A stretch of DNA of 64,000 nt, from assembly GCA_002841765.1 (NCBI GenBank), contig PHAV01000004.1, positions 59,075-123,074 of the forward strand, written 5' to 3'. A program made the translations under genes and the position numbers. The notes below the pieces were generated by a model. The model was not told the origin of the DNA and did not search any database. It saw only the letters and a program-made list of their open reading frames with translations. Position 1 is the first letter of the stretch; each line of letters opens with the position of its first letter. Shown here one piece after another: positions 59,883 through 64,000 of this stretch. This DNA is from Deltaproteobacteria bacterium HGW-Deltaproteobacteria-4. Lineage in GTDB: Bacteria; Desulfobacterota; Desulfuromonadia; Desulfuromonadales; UBA2197.

Positions 59883-62882
59883 TCACCCCTCGATCAAAAA
59901 TTCGAAATCTGCCCGCGTCAACGGCACATCCCCGGCATCCCGTCCTTCCTCCAGCAGGGCTTTAAAGAGCTTTTCCTTGCGGCTCTTGAGCATCATCATC
60001 TTCTCTTCGACAGTGTGCTGCATCAACAAACGCAACACGGTCACAGTACGCGTCTGGCCGATACGGTGGGCGCGGTCGGAAGCCTGATTCTCGACCGCCG
60101 GATTCCACCAGGGGTCGAGGTGGATGACGTAACTCGCCCGGGTGAGGTTGAGGCCGCGTCCGCCGGCTTTGAGGCTGAGCAGAAAGACTTGCGGGACTTT
60201 GCTCCCTTGAAAACGATGGACAAGATCCTTGCGCTGCGCCACCGGGGTCGACCCGTCGAGCCGCAGCCAGGGGATCCCCTCAGCAGCGAGGGCCGGTTCG
60301 ATAAGGTCGAGAAAAGTGGTGAACTGGGAGAAGACGAGGACGCTGTGCCCTTCCTCCATAAGTTCCTGGAGTTGTTCGCAGAGGGCGGTAATCTTCGGTG
60401 CTGCCCCTTCGATTTCGGCGCCGACCAGGCGCGGATCGAGGCAGAGGCGGCGCAGGCGGGTGAGGGCGGCGAGGGCGGTGATGCGGGCCTGGCCGGCGTT
60501 CTGTTGGCTATAAGCAGAGGAGACCGTCCCGCGCAGTTCGTTGACCGTCTGCTGATACAGGAGTTTTTGCGCTTCGTTCATCTCCAGGCGGAGCTCCATT
60601 TCGATCTTGGCCGGGAGCTCGTCGGCGATCATATCCTTGCTGCGGCGCAACACAAAGGGTTTGGTCCGGGCGATGATGGTGGTGAGGCGCTGTTCTTCAT
60701 CTTTGCTGCGAGCGCCGCCAAAGTCCTTTTCATCGCCAAGAAGGCCGGGGAGGACGAGGTCGATAATTGACCAGAATTCGCCCAGGTGATTCTCGACCGG
60801 GGTGCCGGTGAGGGCAAGTTTGAAGGTCCCTTGCAGGCGCCGGGCCGCGGCAGTGATGCCGGTACGGAGATTCTTCACCGCCTGAGCTTCGTCAAAGATG
60901 ATGACATGGAAGGGGAGCTTTGTCAGCTTTTCGATATCGCGGCGCACGAGGTCGTAAGAGGTGAGGACGACATCGGTATTTCTAAAGTCGGTGCTGCGGT
61001 CAAGGCCGCGGTAGATGGTGGTGCGCAGCTCCGGGGCAAAGCGGGCAATTTCACTTTCCCAGTTAAAGAGGAGGCTCGGCGGCATGACGACGAGATGCGG
61101 CAGCGCCTTTTTTTTCGGGGTGCGACTGCTGAGCACCCCCTGCTGCAAGGCGGCTAGGAGGCTGATCGCTTGCAGGGTCTTGCCGAGGCCCATGTCGTCG
61201 GCGAGGCAGGCGCCGAATTTGTGCTCGTAGTGGAAGGCGAGCCAGTCGTAACCATGGCGCTGATACTCGCGCAGCTGCGCCTGGAGTTGCGGCAGGGGGC
61301 GAGAGGGCAGGTCGGAAAAGTGTTCGAGATCATGAAGGATTTTCGCATCGTCCGCGGCGAGTTCGAGGCTGGCACCGAGGCGGCGGAGGGCGAGGCAATC
61401 GAGGATGTGCAGGCGGGGGATGCGCAGGACATCTTCCCCTTTCCGTTGGCGCTGGGTCGGTGCCATGGCGGCGAGGAGGGAGAGGGCCTGCAGGCTGAGA
61501 GCATCAAGGAGATGGAGCTCGCCACCGGCTTCAAAGAGACCGTCAGCGAGGGCGCGGCGCCACTCATCTTCACTGAAGAGGGTACCGTTGTAACGGATCT
61601 CCGGACGGAGTTCAAACCAGTCGATGCCGGCGGCAGTAGCGTTGATCTTGATCTCGATTGCGGCCGGAACCGTCGTTTGGCCAGCCAGGGAGAGTTCAAC
61701 GCCAATCTCTTGCAGGGCCGGCAACAGCATCGGTAAGGAGCTGAAGAAGGAGCGGCGCGGCACCACCAGTTCGCCGGGGATCTGGGCATCGCGCAGGGCG
61801 GTGACACCGAAGTGCTGGTAAAGGATCTCCAGCAGCGCCACTTCTTTCTGGTGGTTACGCTGTTGCAGCACCCAGTTGGCTCCGTCGAGCTGCAGCAGCC
61901 AGTTCTCCTGCTGATCGCGGCTGAGAGCTTCTTCTATCATCCCCTTGGCTTCGCGCACCACGGCCCGTTTACGAAAATCCGGTCCCTGTAAAAAATTGCG
62001 CAGGACGCGGCGATGGGCGGTGATGCCGCTTTCACGGCGGGCGGCGAAGTAAGCATCATAAATGACACGGCGACGCTTCAGGGTGCGCAGCGGCGCCGCG
62101 ACCACAGCAAAGCTCGCTTCACAAAAAAGGGCAAGGGCATGCTGGTCAAGGGGGAATAATCGGTTGGCTGTCTGGGTGACGGCGTGAATAAAGAGTTGTT
62201 CGCTATCTGTCGCATCGAGGATGACATCGATTTTATAATCGTTGAGCAAGCGCTGCTCCGGCGATTGGGCGTTCCCGGTGATGGCCAGGGTTAGGTCGTC
62301 CAGTTGCGGCGTTTGACCGGCGGCAGCGATCAGTTCGATGCCACTGAAACGCTGGGGGGGGATCAGGCAGCTGCCATCGTCCTGGAGGATTCCGTCGAGG
62401 ATGAGGGTGTCCCAGAGCTGCCAGTTGTCGCTTGCCAGGCGCACGAAGCGTTTTGCTGCAAAGTCGGCCAGCCAATCCCGGATGCGCGCGGTGCGGGGGC
62501 TGATATGGCTGCCGTCATCCAGCAGGCGGCGAATAATCAGTCCTTCCAGTTGGAGATCGAGGTGGAGGGTTCCATGCCGTGGTTCCTTGTCAATCCGTAC
62601 TTGCGTAAAGGTATCACCCTCCTGCATCAACAATGGCCAGCAGAAGGTGTCGTTGTCGAGGATTTGCGTGAAATGATTGGCCAGGAGGTAGCGATAATGG
62701 GCATATTCCATTGTCAGCGGTCGTAGCAGAAAAGGGATATCCGCTGTCGAGCTGTCGACCGGCTGGCCGTTGCGCAGCACCGTGAGCGGCAGGGGGTGGT
62801 CAATTTCATGGAGAAGAACGGTATAGACTGACGGACTCTTTTTCGCTGCTAAAGATTTTATGTCGTAGTGCTGCAAATTCAT
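59883..62882 (-). CDS. SNF2-family DEAD/DEAH-box helicase (~1000 aa) with long N-terminal SNF2-associated region
   Basis: LREYQRHGYDWL, ADDMGLGKTLQ, IIFDEAQAVKN, ALTGTPVEN and the C-terminal helicase motifs LVFSQFT and HLDPWWNPAVENQASDRAHRIGQTR. The start is taken at MNLQHYDIKS; the upstream extension to 63041 looks non-coding. Confidence 0.88.
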   Translation of the reverse strand: MNLQHYDIKSLAAKKSPSVYTVLLHEIDHPLPLTVLRNGQPVDSSTADIPFLLRPLTMEYAHYRYLLANHFTQILDNDTFCWPLLMQEGDTFTQVRIDKEPRHGTLHLDLQLEGLIIRRLLDDGSHISPRTARIRDWLADFAAKRFVRLASDNWQLWDTLILDGILQDDGSCLIPPQRFSGIELIAAAGQTPQLDDLTLAITGNAQSPEQRLLNDYKIDVILDATDSEQLFIHAVTQTANRLFPLDQHALALFCEASFAVVAAPLRTLKRRRVIYDAYFAARRESGITAHRRVLRNFLQGPDFRKRAVVREAKGMIEEALSRDQQENWLLQLDGANWVLQQRNHQKEVALLEILYQHFGVTALRDAQIPGELVVPRRSFFSSLPMLLPALQEIGVELSLAGQTTVPAAIEIKINATAAGIDWFELRPEIRYNGTLFSEDEWRRALADGLFEAGGELHLLDALSLQALSLLAAMAPTQRQRKGEDVLRIPRLHILDCLALRRLGASLELAADDAKILHDLEHFSDLPSRPLPQLQAQLREYQRHGYDWLAFHYEHKFGACLADDMGLGKTLQAISLLAALQQGVLSSRTPKKKALPHLVVMPPSLLFNWESEIARFAPELRTTIYRGLDRSTDFRNTDVVLTSYDLVRRDIEKLTKLPFHVIIFDEAQAVKNLRTGITAAARRLQGTFKLALTGTPVENHLGEFWSIIDLVLPGLLGDEKDFGGARSKDEEQRLTTIIARTKPFVLRRSKDMIADELPAKIEMELRLEMNEAQKLLYQQTVNELRGTVSSAYSQQNAGQARITALAALTRLRRLCLDPRLVGAEIEGAAPKITALCEQLQELMEEGHSVLVFSQFTTFLDLIEPALAAEGIPWLRLDGSTPVAQRKDLVHRFQGSKVPQVFLLSLKAGGRGLNLTRASYVIHLDPWWNPAVENQASDRAHRIGQTRTVTVLRLLMQHTVEEKMMMLKSRKEKLFKALLEEGRDAGDVPLTRADFEFLIEG

Positions 62883-63080
62883 ACCTGTCAGCTCGTCTGG
62901 ACTGGATTTGTGCCAGCCCCGAAAGGTCAAGGGGGGAGGGCGAAAGCGGTTTTTTTTCAAAAGGTAAATTATAACACTGCCGCTGTAAGTTACAAAGTTT
63001 TTTTGTCCTTCCTTTCTCTTGACAGTCGTCGATGAAGCCATTACATTGACGCCCGAAACAAGCTCAGGAGGTTGTTAGCT

Positions 63081-63335
63081 ATGCCGATGTATGAATACGA
63101 ATGTCAGGCCTGCGGTAATAATTTTGAGGCCCGGCAGAAATTTTCCGATGCGCCTTTGACTGTCTGTCCCAAGTGCCAGGGTGAAGTGCGCAAGCTGATT
63201 TCTCAGGCAGGATTTGCCCTTAAAGGGGGCGGCTGGTACCAGCAGAGTTACGGCAATGGCGGTGCCGCTCCGTCTTGTGCTGCCAAAGCCGAGGGTGGCG
63301 GCTGCGCCGGTTGCCCCAAAGCGGCGCAAGAATAG
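63081..63335 (+). CDS. FmdB-family zinc-ribbon regulatory protein
   Basis: MPMYEYECQACGNNFE...CPKCQG is the canonical FmdB motif. AGGAGG lies upstream. Confidence 0.85.
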   Translation: MPMYEYECQACGNNFEARQKFSDAPLTVCPKCQGEVRKLISQAGFALKGGGWYQQSYGNGGAAPSCAAKAEGGGCAGCPKAAQE

Positions 63336-63337
63336 AT

Positions 63338-63372
63338 AAAGCCCCCCGACTCAAAGTAGCCGGGGTTTTTTA
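63338..63372 (+). terminator. Probable Rho-independent terminator after the FmdB-like gene
   Basis: AAAGCCCCCCGAC...GCCGGGG followed by TTTTTT. The stem is short. Confidence 0.5.
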
Positions 63373-63454
63373 TTTGCTCACAGGAGGTTTTCGGTATGGA
63401 TAATCAGCGCAGGTCCGGGCCGGAATCCTTTTTTTGCGTTCAGCAGTTCTTGCC

Positions 63455-64000
63455 ATGAAGCGGGCCATGCTGCTCTTCTCCAGTCTCTGCGGTTTGGTTT
63501 TCTGTACTCCGGGACTGGCTCTGTGCAGCGATCTTGGCTATTATGCCCAGGCAATACAGGGACATGTAAAAATTCTCCTGGCGCGCCGGCCGATTGAACA
63601 ACTCCTTGTCGAGTCGAAAATTACTCCTGCACTTAAAGAGCGGCTGCAACTGGTGCTGGAAATTCGCGATTTTGCCAGTCATGAGCTGGACCTGCCGGAG
63701 AATGATAGCTATCGCAGTTATGCCGATATTCAGCGCGCCGCTGTCGTCACCAATGTGATTGCCGCCAAGGAGTTCTCTCTGCAGCCCCTGATCTGGTGCT
63801 TTCCTTTTGCCGGTTGCGTCAGTTATCGCGGATATTACGATCCCCGCAAGGCCGAGAGCTTTGCAGCTGGCTTGCGCGATCAGGGCTATGAGACCGATCT
63901 TTATGGGGTCAGTGCCTACTCGACCCTCGGCTGGTTTGACGATCCGGTTCTCAATACTTTTATCGATTGGCCGGAAGCGGCGCTGGCAGGACAGATCTTT
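63455..64000 (+). CDS. Putative aminopeptidase (DUF2265/PF10023-like) lipoprotein, 5' portion; continues past the window end
   Basis: Hand-translated: MKRAMLLFSSLCGLVFCTPGLALC|SDLGYYAQAIQGHVKILLARRPIEQLL...SYRGYYDPRKAESFAAGLRDQGYETDLYGVSAYSTLGWFDDPVLNTF. There is no stop codon before base 64000, which is why it is absent from the ORF track. Confidence 0.7.
   Translation, partial: MKRAMLLFSSLCGLVFCTPGLALCSDLGYYAQAIQGHVKILLARRPIEQLLVESKITPALKERLQLVLEIRDFASHELDLPENDSYRSYADIQRAAVVTNVIAAKEFSLQPLIWCFPFAGCVSYRGYYDPRKAESFAAGLRDQGYETDLYGVSAYSTLGWFDDPVLNTFIDWPEAALAGQIF

Noticed and set aside
1-64000. I scanned both strands for CRISPR arrays, tRNA/rRNA/tmRNA genes, integrase- or att-bounded islands, and IS elements with terminal inverted repeats.
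   Set aside because: I found no regularly spaced direct repeats, no cloverleaf-compatible segments in intergenic regions, and no integrase or phage genes. The only mobile-element signature is the RAYT/REP system. A by-eye scan cannot exclude small ncRNAs.

Overview
The window looks chromosomal and GC-rich (roughly 55-60% by eye). Gene content resembles an anaerobic Geobacter/Desulfuromonas-like deltaproteobacterium. That taxon call is inference from the Rnf genes, lactate utilisation genes, a GEMM-I leader and the REP style. Contents from left to right follow. (1) A type I R-M locus (hsdR 3' end, hsdS, RhuM-Fic/Doc, hsdM) carries a REP-associated tyrosine transposase (RAYT) and eight copies of a 24-nt hairpin REP arranged as four inverted doublets. 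Two of the doublets lie in frame inside CDSs. (2) Small housekeeping genes, an AT-rich island with an inverted DnaA-box-like pair, and a 1-kb highly structured non-coding spacer precede a CBS-PAS-GGDEF cyclase. (3) A lactate-utilisation cluster holds lutC, a lutB-lutA fusion, a lactate permease and glcD/glcF-like genes. (4) An ECF ATPase-T fusion is followed by rnfCDGEAB, apbE, a NusG-II gene and a Gx-transporter gene. (5) A FadR/GntR regulator, a zinc ribbon, fbp and a peroxiredoxin follow. (6) The stand-out is a ~16-kb minus-strand six-gene operon of secreted DUF11-repeat proteins. It encodes a lectin-headed 1389-aa protein, two pilin-sized proteins, a single-domain protein, a ~1.9-2.0-kaa DUF11/OmpA/beta-barrel giant and a 945-aa paralog. 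A sigma70-type promoter, a GEMM-I-type cyclic-dinucleotide riboswitch and an intrinsic terminator precede it. Just upstream sits an operon of a TPR-DUF11 protein, a LysM-TPR protein, an N-terminally short RlmN-like radical SAM enzyme and suhB. (7) The right end holds a split archaeal-type glutamate synthase, an SNF2 helicase, an FmdB zinc ribbon and a partial aminopeptidase. I saw no rRNA, tRNA or CRISPR array. All domain calls come from motif recognition by eye and no searches were run.
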